NCBI GenBank assembly: GCA_010093705.1
Contig: MU006100.1
Location: 186,001 to 250,000 of the forward strand
Direction of reading: 5' to 3'
DNA: 64,000 bases
Origin: Patellaria atrata CBS 101060
Lineage: Eukaryota
In this document: positions 1 to 11,354 of the stretch, piece by piece
How the letters are laid out: each line of letters starts with the position of its first letter
How positions within the stretch are numbered: position 1 is the first letter of the stretch
Notes under the pieces: model-generated
Told to the model about the DNA's origin: nothing
What the model saw: only the letters and a program-made list of their open reading frames with translations
Database searches by the model: none
Position numbers and translations under genes: made by a program

Positions 1-894
1 GACGTCCGCCATCGGGACCACCAGGTGCACCGGCTCCTGGCGCCTCGCCCTACCACCAGGACGCCCGGTAGGCTCCGTATTGACGTACGGAACGTTCCAG
101 ACGCGCTGGGCGGGCGTCGGGCCAAGAGGGGCGGCGGCGGGAGGCGGCGGGTACGGGCTCATGTAGTTTCGGGGCTGTACGGGCGGAGGAGGAGGAGGAG
201 ACTGGGCCGTGAGGATGGGGGCGCCGTAGGTGACTGGCACGACGCGGGAGCCGAAGGGAGGGTGGGGCGCGTACCATGCTGGGGGTGCCTGCATGGCGAG
301 GCCGGGACGGGCGAGGCAGGACGGCGGGGAGCGGGCCGGGCCGGGAGCGCAGGGACGTACGGGCACCGGGTCCTGTGCGGGATACGCAGGCAGGACCATT
401 TTCGGTGCTGGCGGCACCACGTACTGCTCCCGTTGCTGGAGGCCTGGGAGCGGATCTATTATCCTGAAGGCGTCCATACGCTGCTGTACAGAGGCACCAG
501 CGGGGACAGCTGGTGCATGTACTGGAGAGGGTGAGGGTGGGAGCTCCGGATCCGTCCCGTACCCTTCGCCGGTGTACCCGGCCTCTGCCATCGCCGCAGA
601 AAAAAACCCTTCGAAATCGGGGTCGGGCTCATCCGCCCACTCCAATGGGGGAGAGCCCACGAGACTTGGCGAGCTCGACTCCTCGCCGCCTGCCGCCTCT
701 CGTGATCTTGCCTCCTCGGCATCAAGCGTACGAGGAGGGTCCGACATATTGAGTGTCGGGAAGGCGGCAAGCGGCAAGGTTGGGTCGTACGGGGCATTGG
801 GGTACGGCCTCCGGCCGCCGCGTTGACGCCTTGCCGGCGTCTCGTCCTCGTCCTCGTATCGAGCGGGAGGACGGATTTCCTTGCGAAGCTCCAT
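1..894 (-). CDS. Proline-rich hypothetical protein, 5' part only (runs off the left edge)
   Basis: ATG at 894 opens 298 stop-free codons down to base 1 (MELRKEIRPPARYEDEDE...PYDPTLPLAAFPTL...VVPMADV). It is absent from the ORF track because no stop lies in the window. A candidate 5'UTR intron spans 1069..922 (GTAAGC...GCTAAC...CAG). Confidence 0.7.
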   Translation of the reverse strand, partial: MELRKEIRPPARYEDEDETPARRQRGGRRPYPNAPYDPTLPLAAFPTLNMSDPPRTLDAEEARSREAAGGEESSSPSLVGSPPLEWADEPDPDFEGFFSAAMAEAGYTGEGYGTDPELPPSPSPVHAPAVPAGASVQQRMDAFRIIDPLPGLQQREQYVVPPAPKMVLPAYPAQDPVPVRPCAPGPARSPPSCLARPGLAMQAPPAWYAPHPPFGSRVVPVTYGAPILTAQSPPPPPPVQPRNYMSPYPPPPAAAPLGPTPAQRVWNVPYVNTEPTGRPGGRARRQEPVHLVVPMADV

Positions 895-1942
895 TATGAG
901 CTTCGGTGAGATGTTATGTTGCTGGAGGACAGTGAGAAAACGTTAGCATTGAGGTAGCCAAATCTCGAGGTTGAATGTCAGATGTGAGATTTGATCTCGA
1001 GACTTTCCAGCTCGATCGGAAGAAAGAGACGCGTCTTGATACCAGAAGCAAAAGATAAAGCTTGCTTACTCTGTGGATGAGGAGCAAAACCTCAAGAAAG
1101 ATTGAGGTTGGGGTTGTCCGGGCGTGAGGTCGGGAGTGAGATGTTGTTGTTGAGAGGAGGAGCAGGTTGGAAGGAAATATTTACGTTGACGTTAGCGGCC
1201 AGATATCAACAAACGAGAGGGGAAGAAACGTCATTTTTTGACGCTCGGGTGACTGTTTGAGGAGTGTGACTCTCGTAAACCGTTTGCACGTGAAGGGGTG
1301 AATCTCTGTGAATTGGCGTTTAGGTGAATGTGGTGAGTGACTAAATTCACGTGAATGATAACCAAACTGATACAGGACAGTGGAGGATATGAGAGAAATT
1401 GGGCAGACCAAGTACGATGTACTACTATCCATGACATCTTAGAAATTTTCCTTCTCCAACATGATCTGGATGTTGTTGTACCCAATCTGATATAGGGGTA
1501 GTCCTCACATACTTTACGCTTATGAACAAAGAAGACCTTCGACTTTCACTATGCAGTTAAGTGAAAGTTTGAAAAGAGTTAGACTGTACAATATGTAACA
1601 TATACAGCAGGTTTACCGTAGTCAAGGAAATATTGGGCCGTAGAAAGGGGAAGATGATACATTACTTGCAAATTCAAAGTTATGTTTCCAACGAATTTGG
1701 CAGAGACTACTTTGAAAATAGCAAATGAAATAACCTCACACCGTCAACAGATCCAGTACGCCGTCGAAATATGATTGATTCATAGACAATTGAGCTAGAA
1801 GTACTCCCTGTACGCCATATATCCTCAATTGAAAGTTTATCCGAATCCCAATTCCACCCATGCTAAGATTCAAAGCAATCGGGTATCGTAAGACATATCC
1901 TCCAGCGCCGGACAAACTCCTAGAAATCTATCACAAACCTTA

Positions 1943-2944
1943 TCAGAAGTCCATAGAATCCACATCCATCTGGCCGAATGGGGTAAACTGCCGACGATCT
2001 TCGAACCTCTGAGCATCCAGCGAACTCTCACCATTATCCAAGTCCATCTCCTCATATGCTTCATCAAGTGAACGTTTCGACATTCGGCTGCCACCGGCGG
2101 GTGTAGGAGGTCCGGTAGTGCGCAAAGGCAGCATTGATGTGTTCGTGGCATTATCATCAGGAGTGGAATCGTCCATGCTGGCAACCGCCCTACGCGCAAC
2201 CAGAATATCCCAATAACTAGACAGCAAATGCTTAAGGCCATCTTCATAGTTGACGCAAAACCGCTGAGCCTGACACACTTGCATGGCCTTGATGTGGTTC
2301 AGGGCGGGGAACATCTCCATGAGATACGCAGCAACGACAGTAGCAGATCTCTCATTCCCATTTTCACAAAACACAAGAACCTTTGGCAACGAGCCATCTC
2401 CCATTCTCGCATGAGCATCTGACAAGTGTTTGTTGATTATTCGCGTGGCTTGTGGGAACTTCTGAATCAAATCCTGGTTATCTGCGATGTCCACGCAATC
2501 GTACCCTATGCCCATCTCGTCTGCTACCTTTGCAACAGCATTCACTGTTGTTGAGTAGAAGCTGTGCGTGTATCTTACGGCAAGGACCATCGTGATGCAT
2601 TCCCTCTGCAGGTATCCTTTATCCTTGACCGTTGAGAAGGGACCGAGATAGATGAATGGCATAATGGGTTGAGCTTCTCTCCGCTTGATGTATGACCAAT
2701 CGAGTATATTCCTTTGAGCAATGAAACCTTTGATATCGATATCTTTGAGGTAGTTTAGATCGAGGTTCTGAGACTGCGGTGGGACCAGGTGACCAATATG
2801 AATATTTGGATTCGATTCTACGTTAAGCAACGGAGGGGGTATAATGATTCGAGGAGGCGTCGGGACACGATATGTGTAGTCTGCATTTCTCTGAACGGTG
2901 AGATGACCGTTCATCAATGTGCCGGAGGGGTTGTTGGAATCCAT
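1943..2944 (-). CDS. Dual-specificity phosphatase-like (STYX-like) protein
   Basis: Single 333-aa ORF with AQPIMPFIYLGP, VLVFCENGNERSATVVAAYLM (CX5R) and QRFCVN, matching the DSP fold. Confidence 0.85.
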   Translation of the reverse strand: MDSNNPSGTLMNGHLTVQRNADYTYRVPTPPRIIIPPPLLNVESNPNIHIGHLVPPQSQNLDLNYLKDIDIKGFIAQRNILDWSYIKRREAQPIMPFIYLGPFSTVKDKGYLQRECITMVLAVRYTHSFYSTTVNAVAKVADEMGIGYDCVDIADNQDLIQKFPQATRIINKHLSDAHARMGDGSLPKVLVFCENGNERSATVVAAYLMEMFPALNHIKAMQVCQAQRFCVNYEDGLKHLLSSYWDILVARRAVASMDDSTPDDNATNTSMLPLRTTGPPTPAGGSRMSKRSLDEAYEEMDLDNGESSLDAQRFEDRRQFTPFGQMDVDSMDF

Positions 2945-3632
2945 ATTAAACGAAGGGTGATATCGAAATCTGGCGAGATAGTGAGTGGATGATGCAACCG
3001 AGTACTTGGAGCAAACACTAGCAGCAAAGTACTGAGGTAGAAATGTTCATGAATTGGTAAGGTCGTGTATCCAGGCAACGATGAGGCAAGGCGTAAGGTA
3101 ATGGAGAGGTCAAAGTAGGGAGGAGCAGAGGCCGGTTCCTGGCAGAGTACTTTCACCTTTTAACCTTTCAATAGCTAGAAATATGGATCTTGAAGGACGA
3201 TCATTCATCTTGAATCAGCAGTGTAGAGCGATTGATGGCGGGGAAAGAACTTGTGAATATATCATTTGCTCGCGGTTCATCACCTGAAGTTGCGAAGAGT
3301 TCGAAATGGGCGTTGTCCCCCTCCAACGCATTCACATACTTGTAGAACCACCTTGACGAGTCACGGGAACAGCAACGTCAAACTCGTCAAGTATTAGAAA
3401 TGATAAATTAAAGTGCTTTGAAGCTAAATACATCCTCCAATTCCCTTTTTATACATAGAAAGCGCCTGAAGGCCTTTTCCGAGCCTAAATGAACGTACAA
3501 TTAAGACGACTTATGCTAGATCCCTCTCAACCAAATGCCCAAATACTAAATACCATTCCAACGCCGTCGAACAGAATGCATTCATATACACACATTATAC
3601 ACTATAGTTCTCATCTGACCGAAGATATGCGT

Positions 3633-6600
3633 CTACAACTGATTTGACAAGATCGCCTCAGTGGCACTGGAAATGTAAGCCCTCTTCGCGTCGAGGTTCA
3701 TGCCGAACCGATTTTCCAACTCTCTGCGAATGCCGCTCTTGGTCGTAGTCATCATATCTGCATTCCGTAGGATGTCTCTGATTTCGGCTAGGATGGCATC
3801 ATCAGCGGGTAGCATGCCCATATCCGAGTTCTCCATTTCGCTGCTGTAACCGTAGCCAGAGGGAGCGAGAGAAAGTCTAGAGCCATAACGAGGAAGTTCC
3901 ATTTGCGACATGACCCGACTGGCTGGGATGCCATACTCTGATGGAGTGAGACCGCCACCGAGGCTCTTGGTACCGTATGAGATGCCAGAAATTTCAGATC
4001 GGTCATCACGTTGCGTCTGAGCATCCCAGAGCTCGGCTTGGTACTCTTCCCACTTCTTACGAGGAATGGTGTTTGGGTCAAACTTGCCCTCATCACTGAT
4101 GACAACTTTCTGTCCCTTCTCACCGGTAACAATACGGGTATTACCCCATGAGAAGTCATCCATCTTCCAGAAAGAGTAGAGCGGTAGGAGGAAAGCGAAC
4201 AAGGGTGTAGCGAGAATATAAACAATCATCCACCCAATCATCTCCCACTTTCGCCTAATAATGAAGATAATAGCTTGGAGACCGTAAATCGCACCCAATA
4301 GAATAAATGCCGTGACTGGTACAATCGATGAATCATGGATGAGCAGGTATATGAGATAAATGATATAACCAACGATAACTGGTTGGACAATTGTACTGAG
4401 AAGGTCCAAGAAGACGACGAATCTCATACTAAAGCAACAGAAACCGCAAAGTTGTTGTAGCGGAATGAGTTCTATCAAGTTATGAACGGTTGAATTGATC
4501 CATCGGCGACGCTGTGACAAGAACACAGCCATACTGTCTGGAGCAATCGTCCATGCATGCGCACGGAAGTTATACTTGGTCTTGTACTTTGGGTGGAACT
4601 TGAGGAGAAGAGTAGTCAGATATCGATCTTCACCAAGGTGCAACAAATTTTTCATGTGCAAGGTATCAACTCGAGTGATGGAGTATGCTTCGATGATCTC
4701 TCGGCTAACGAAGAGAGGCTTCCCAGTCTCAGCGGCGCGGATGCGGTACATCGTGAAACAACCTGGAAGACATGTGACCGATCCGAAGAGTGACTCGAAA
4801 GCTTTCGTGAGGTTGTGCGAGATATAATATTCGTAAACTTGCATCATGGTAACCCACGAAGAGTTTGCATTCGTGAGAGATGTCTCACCACAGAGACCAA
4901 TCAGGCGAGTGTCATGAAGGAATGCTGCTATCATTCGAGTAGCAGAGTCGGGTGCCACGACTGTATCAGCATCGATTTGCAATAGGAATTCGTAGAATGT
5001 AGGATTGACGCCGATAATGTTTCGGATCTGATGATGCATCTCAAGTTCGAGTGGGGTCATTGGAAGATTGTAGTGAACCCGATTTAAAAAGCGCATCAGA
5101 ATCATTTGTGAATCACGTTTACCACGATTCCCAGGCCTATACCGTAATTAGTCGAGGTACTAGATTCCATGAGACGAGAAAACTCACTTTGTGACCTCGG
5201 AAGGTTTACCAGTCTTGACGACAACCAGGAACGGAACGATATGACCTTGAACCTCGTATAATCCGGAGTAGACTTTCCCCATATTGTGTTGTTTCATTCC
5301 TTCACCTAGAGACTCGAAACTCAATGGTTCTGGGTCCACAGTCTCTGATACACCGAGAATATCAAGAACTATCCTTGGTGTTGGTCTATCGTTTCCTTGA
5401 CCGACGATCATACCGTCGCAAATAATGACCATGAGTTTGCGCTTATCGTCATAACGCATTCTAGCAGCAGAGTCGATGGCACGACGTAGTGACTCCTCGT
5501 CCTCAGTATAGGCTGGGACAGTGCAGATGACGAACTTATCGAGGTTTTCCGGGTTATTCTTCATGCCAAATTGCAACGCAGCCAGGAATTTGAAGCCGAT
5601 AACAGTGACCAGCAGAATTGAAATGGCCAACAAGAACCATTTGGAGAACAAGCATTGAACGGAATTCCGAGTGTCGAGATCACCAACGTAAAATAGTCGA
5701 TCGAGACACTGTTGTTGGGTCTCACGAAGTTTAGAGCTCATTCTGAGATTTTCCCAGTATTTGGTAACATCGTCGCCGGACTGCGATTGGAACAATGAAA
5801 CAACGCCGTCATGCATGAAATCTTGATCAGGAGGTGGATTCTCGGGCTCCTCACCAATCTTATAAGCTGGTGTTCTCCCGCCCATCAGGTAGGAAGTGAA
5901 ATCATAGACGCGATCATTCATTATGGCGATAGAGTTGCCTTTCTTCGAAAGTGTTCGAACATATTGTGCAGTATAACCAATTCTTCCCTTTTGATAACTT
6001 GCTCTGAGCATATCTTGTGTCTGCCACCACCACGCTGGACGGGTATCATTCTGAGAGTAGCGGAAGTCGTGGAACCGAGCGTACTTGTCAGTTGTTCCAA
6101 CGGCATTAGTCGTAGAAGAGTAATTGCTAGTCTTATAATCGAGTTGTACTGCATCGTGTATTTTGCCATTGGCACCTATACATAGAGCATTGACCTGGAC
6201 GGGAAATAGATTGGTAGCGTCCTTGCCGGCGTACTTTTCCAGGAGGCGGTCCTCAATGATATTGGGGTAATGACGAGGAATGAATTTACCAAGATCGTAC
6301 ACGATCCCACGGATACCGACGTACATTCCGCGACCATCCTTACCGTCATAAGAGCTTAATTCTTGGAAAGAATATACGTGTTGTGTGGGGCAAATCAGCA
6401 TTGGTATGCCGACTACAGATCGATTAGTACGTCAACTGATATTTCAGCCTGTTATGAAGGCTTACCCATCATGAATACTACGAGCATACAGCTCAACCAG
6501 ATCAACATGTTAATCGCCAACTTCTCTTTCCAGGCCATGCGAATGTCCCGGCGTTTGAATTTGGGGAATAGCTTCAGGAAAAAATGAGGGACGAAGAAAG

Positions 6601-9358
6601 TCAAAGAATAGACGATGAATAGCCACCTCTTTCGACTCCCCGAAACAGGTTCCTGGTCAATCTCTTGCATCTTGGCCTCAGTACCCTTTTCAAGCATTTG
6701 CTCTCGAGTCTCAAGGTTACGGAACATATCACCACCAACCAGTGCGGAGGCGCCGGCGTCAGATTTTGCATCCAAATCTCTGCTGCCGAAATATCCACCA
6801 GCTTTATCGTCATGGTAGAAGGCACCGGGAGAGCTCTGCTGAGAAGCCATTAGATTGACCTTAGAGTCACCGAACGAACGTGCGGCATCTCCGGGAGTGA
6901 GCAGACCCGAGCCGTTATCGTCCCCAACGTAGAGGCCACTTGTTGGAAGTTCAGGAAGATTTGCTACTTCCAACCATCGACGTTCACTCAAGAAGACACC
7001 CGTTGTACCTACTCGCGCCTCATTCGAAGGCCAAACCCTGTCCTCGACCACCATTTCGGCTCTTTCCCTTTCTGAGGCTACGACCGTAGCTTCACCCTCC
7101 GCAAGTCCCAGGAATTCGCCAAATGGGAGGAACAAGCTGAAATCGGCGTTTCGGAGACGTTGGCTGATCTCAGCAATTCCGAAGGTTTGCAATTGAGTCC
7201 TAACACATTTACTATCGAATTGATTCGCAATTCTTCGATCGTTTGGCTTTAGGCAGAATACAAAATAGGGGTTTGCCTCTGGTGCGTTAAGTGATTTCGA
7301 GATACTTGAAAGCGACGATAGAAACTGAGCTGCAGCTCCTTGTTGGACTTGAGACTCTGATTTTCCTTTTCGAGTTCTGGACGTATTACTCTTCGTATCG
7401 TCAAAGTCACTTCCATGGTCATCGTCTAGAACATTGGTCTTCTTTGTACCCGACCGCACTGGTCTGTCACCTCTTCTCTTGGCCATACTTGGTTTCCTCA
7501 TCGGCTTTGAACTAACCGATGCTTGCATGATTGCTGTCTTTTCCCTTGGGTGGACAACGGTGTTGAGAGCGTCTTGTCCAAACAACTCGCGGACAAAGTC
7601 GCTGCGAGTAGAATTGATGAGATTCATAAGATCACCTGAAATTACCTCTCCGTTGTTTTCGATTAAGCCTTCGACCGGATAATCAACCTCGCCAGAGAAA
7701 TGCTTGACGGTAAAGGCGGCATTAGAATTGTGGGTAGCGAAATTGCTACCGGGGAGAATGGCAGTAGCACTTCCAACAGCAATAGCAGGATTTTTCCCAT
7801 CGAATCGTTTTCTAATACTCTCCAAGAATTGCATATCAGTCTTTCCTCGTCGCATTTGGTCGTCAAGAATGCCGAGTAAGCCATTTCCGGGCTTGAGCAG
7901 TCCTTTAACAGCATCAGAGTTGTCGAAGTAACTTGTGGCTGGTACATTGACATCTTCGGTTTCCAACAATTCCGCCTTGCGATCAAAAAAGCTTTGGAGG
8001 CAGAAGTTGTAGAGTAATTCAGTAGCCGCATTATTCAGAAGCTGGTCTAGGGTTGAGCCAGTAGGAGAGTCATAAGCGAAACCGGGAAAATCGACAATGG
8101 AAATCGTATTCCCTATGGTATCTTCCAAGGCACAAACCCTCTTGTTGATTGATTCAATGACGTACGCAACCAGAAGAGAGTAAAGCGTACGGGCCAGCTC
8201 ATCGGCATTCTCGCGAGCGCCCTTTGGGTCGAGCATAACGGTAACACGTTCTCGATGTAAAGTTTTACTCTTATATTGGAAACTGGTCTCGAGATCCTGC
8301 ATTGTGACACCGAGGAAGGCGGCTATAACGGCAAGAACATCCTTGTTCTTAACCAGTGTTTTCTCCTCTCCACCTTCGTGAGAATATCCACCACTTTCAT
8401 CAGGTGCGGGGGTTGTTGCCTGACCAGTCATGAATTCTAGCTGTCCGATGTGGAGAATGGTAGCAAGAATTTGACATATTTCTGCAATTTCGCTTCGCGG
8501 GAACTCGAGTTTGCGAAGAGCTGTTTTAAAATGTTGAAATCCCTCACTATCGTTGATGCCAACTTTAAGTTGGGTAGGGTGACCTAGATACCTCCATCTT
8601 TTTGAACCTGAGCCCACAGAAGCTCGATTACCGACCTCATTGTGAACTACCCCTGGTGCGTTCAATCCAAGGTGATCTTTTTCGCTCCCACTGGTGCCTG
8701 CAAGGAGGTAGTAAAGTACGTGATAATTGCGTTCTCCAGTCGGTACAGTTGTTACCCTGCTCCTTTCCAATCTGTGGTCGAGTAATTTACCGCCGATTAA
8801 CATAGGATGCATGGAAGCAGATGTGTCATATTGCAGTTCATAAAACAGGCCAGCTTTTGAAGCAGAAGGTGTAGTCGTCGATTTCGTAGTAGTCAAAGTA
8901 TCGAAGATGAATGCGGCGTAGGACAGTTTACTGGACAGTGGGGTCGAGGAGTAATTAAGTAAGGCTGATAGGAGATGAGATCGTAAGGTTGTTTTGCCGG
9001 AACCGGATTCACCACTAAGATCAAGTTGTCAGTCCTAGTATCCGTATGTCTCTCTGAGCGGCGTATTCAGCATAGGAACCTACAGAAACACAACCGACTG
9101 ATTCTCACAGCGGTGTCCTAAACGCGCCCATGCTCTTCTTGCCAACTCCTCCACGGCTCCCATACCCGAGCCTTCCTTTCCGCCATCAATGCCACGAGCA
9201 GATGAGGTGTATGTATTTAAAGCAATTGTTGCATGCGAGGATAACTGTGCTGTAGGAAGATGCCCATGGAAACGGCTCGCGAGGTGGGCTGTCAAATGGG
9301 TATCCGATTGAAGATGAGCTGGTAACGCGGGTAGGGATGGTTGATTGAAGGTGGCCAT
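3633..9358 (-). CDS. csmA: Class V chitin synthase with myosin motor-like domain
   Basis: Exons 9358-9084, 9014-6466, 6412-5188, 5136-3633 (GT-AG, frames join). P-loop [13 protein letters not shown], cytochrome-b5-like regions, [25 protein letters not shown] and a C-terminal DEK-like domain. Confidence 0.97.
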
Positions 9359-10427
9359 AATGCAGCGAAGCGTCCCTGAGGGATCGCAAGACGAGTGAAG
9401 GTCAAGACAAGAGTATGGAATCGAATTCGAGGCTGGAAACAGGCCGTGAGGGAGGTTTGGAACAAACAGAGGCGTATTTCAAATGGCCCCTAATTGTGTA
9501 AGTGTGGCTTTTGAATATCGAACCCTGGAGGTTAGAGGGTCGGAAACAAGCACACAATCGAATTAGTAGCGAATGTCGGAAGAAAAGAAACGAAGGTGAG
9601 GATAGAGAAAAGAAAGGGGCGACGAGAATTCTCGCGTTCGAACGAGGGGTTGAGGAGAAAGAGGTTTGTTGGATGGGAGATGTTGAAGGAGAAGCAAGTA
9701 AAAGTTCGTGAGTTGAAAGCGGGACCCAGGACCCAGGACCCCCTGTGCTTTAGATTTTTAGGTTTCAGGGCTTAAGGGCTCGTTGCCTCCTCAACCCCCT
9801 TGCGAGGCTACCCGAATGCACCATCATCAGCTTCCCAGTAGGTACAAATACGGGTACACAGCAGCAAAAATAGCCTTTTGAATCCCGAGCGTCCCCATCC
9901 GTTCAACATAAACACGAGCAGTGCCACGAAGTAGGTCACCTTGGAATATTATAGAGAAATTACCACTGTACCCTAGAAGTCTACTACAATTTTCTTTACG
10001 TACGACTGCACCAAGTCTCGAGATTTAACGCGTCAATTTTTAGTTGTAGATGTTCACGCTAAAGATTCTTACGTGCCATAGCGCCAAAATTACAGGTAAA
10101 CCTCATACCCTTCAGTCGGAGAGAAACAGTTTGACATAATCCCACCACTTCGAAGTCTACATGAGTACAGGATCTGGGGACTTAATCTACTGAAAGCTGG
10201 ATGGTGTTCCCCAAGTCTTGTTCGACCTTAAAGTGTTTGCTCATTTTTCTCCTCGAGTGGCGCATCCTCGCGATGAAGATGCAGACGGGATGCAATCGAT
10301 AGTTGATATTAAAAGGTCGCGTCATCGTGAACTGTTATCGATAGTGGATGGCAGGCATGCGTGAAAGTCAACTCTATCACACTCTGTCAGTTTAATATTG
10401 TAGCATTATTAGATATTTGGGCAGGAT

Positions 10428-10453
10428 TTGTACTGTGAGATTGTACTGTGAGA
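10428..10453. repeat. Exact 13-bp tandem duplication TTGTACTGTGAGA x2 in the csmA/csmB intergenic region
   Basis: Seen directly at 10428-10440 and 10441-10453. Confidence 0.9.
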
Positions 10454-11354
10454 AGCAAAAGGAGAATTCCCTTCTCATGTTTGTATCCGTACCCATCTGA
10501 GACCGTTTCAACAAAACCGACGACAAAAAATCTCTCCATCGCCTCCTTTATGTCTTGTAATTATTTTGCTTTAGCGTAGACGGCTTTTTCGTAACGTCTC
10601 ACAAAAGGGGTAAGGAGAAGGCCCCAAAAATAGGTTGTCTATGCATAAAGCCATAGAGTGACGGAACCCACCACTTGCACCCCCTGAATTCGAGGAAAAG
10701 TGACACTCTCTGGCCTGTATTGTCCAATGATCGTAGTTCGTGTTGTGAGCCATGATTCGAATTTCGCCACACTCTCGCATTTGAGCATCTGGTGTTTTCG
10801 TCCAAGGGGGGCCCTATTGCCCACCAAAAATTTGTTTGCCCGGTTCCCATACCCGATACGGCTTGGTGCCATACGACCGTTGCTCTGCTGGAATGCCTGC
10901 ATTCTGTACTGTCCTTGCCCAGCTACACTATTCTCGCTCCTTCACAACCTCATCTTGTCGACACTTCTACCTGTATCGACGCTCTTCAAACACCTTTGAT
11001 TCTTTGCTTTTCACCTTCTTTCTTTCAATCACGATCGCTACATAATCATAATTCTTTCGTTTCAACTTCTCGCGTTATCTGATCCCCTTTACGGCTCCTC
11101 GAACTCACATCCAGCACCCGCCTACGCGTCAGTGAACGATCCCACATTCGTTAGAGAACCCTTTCAAGAAATACAGCAACATTGGAAAAAGTTTGCCTTA
11201 CTGAGGAATAATTCTTGCTTCTTGTCGTAAGGCTAAGAAAGAGGGGCAATCATACAATTTCCTCTGTCGACCCGGCAGCCCTCCCGAGCCGGGTCAAATC
11301 GCCTTCAGTCCATTCTACAATTGAAATCCGGAGTTGCTTCCACCCTGCCTCGCA

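Noticed and set aside
25..826. Plus-strand ORFs of 169 and 198 aa
   Set aside because: Gly/Arg-rich antisense shadows of the GC-rich minus-strand gene starting at 894.
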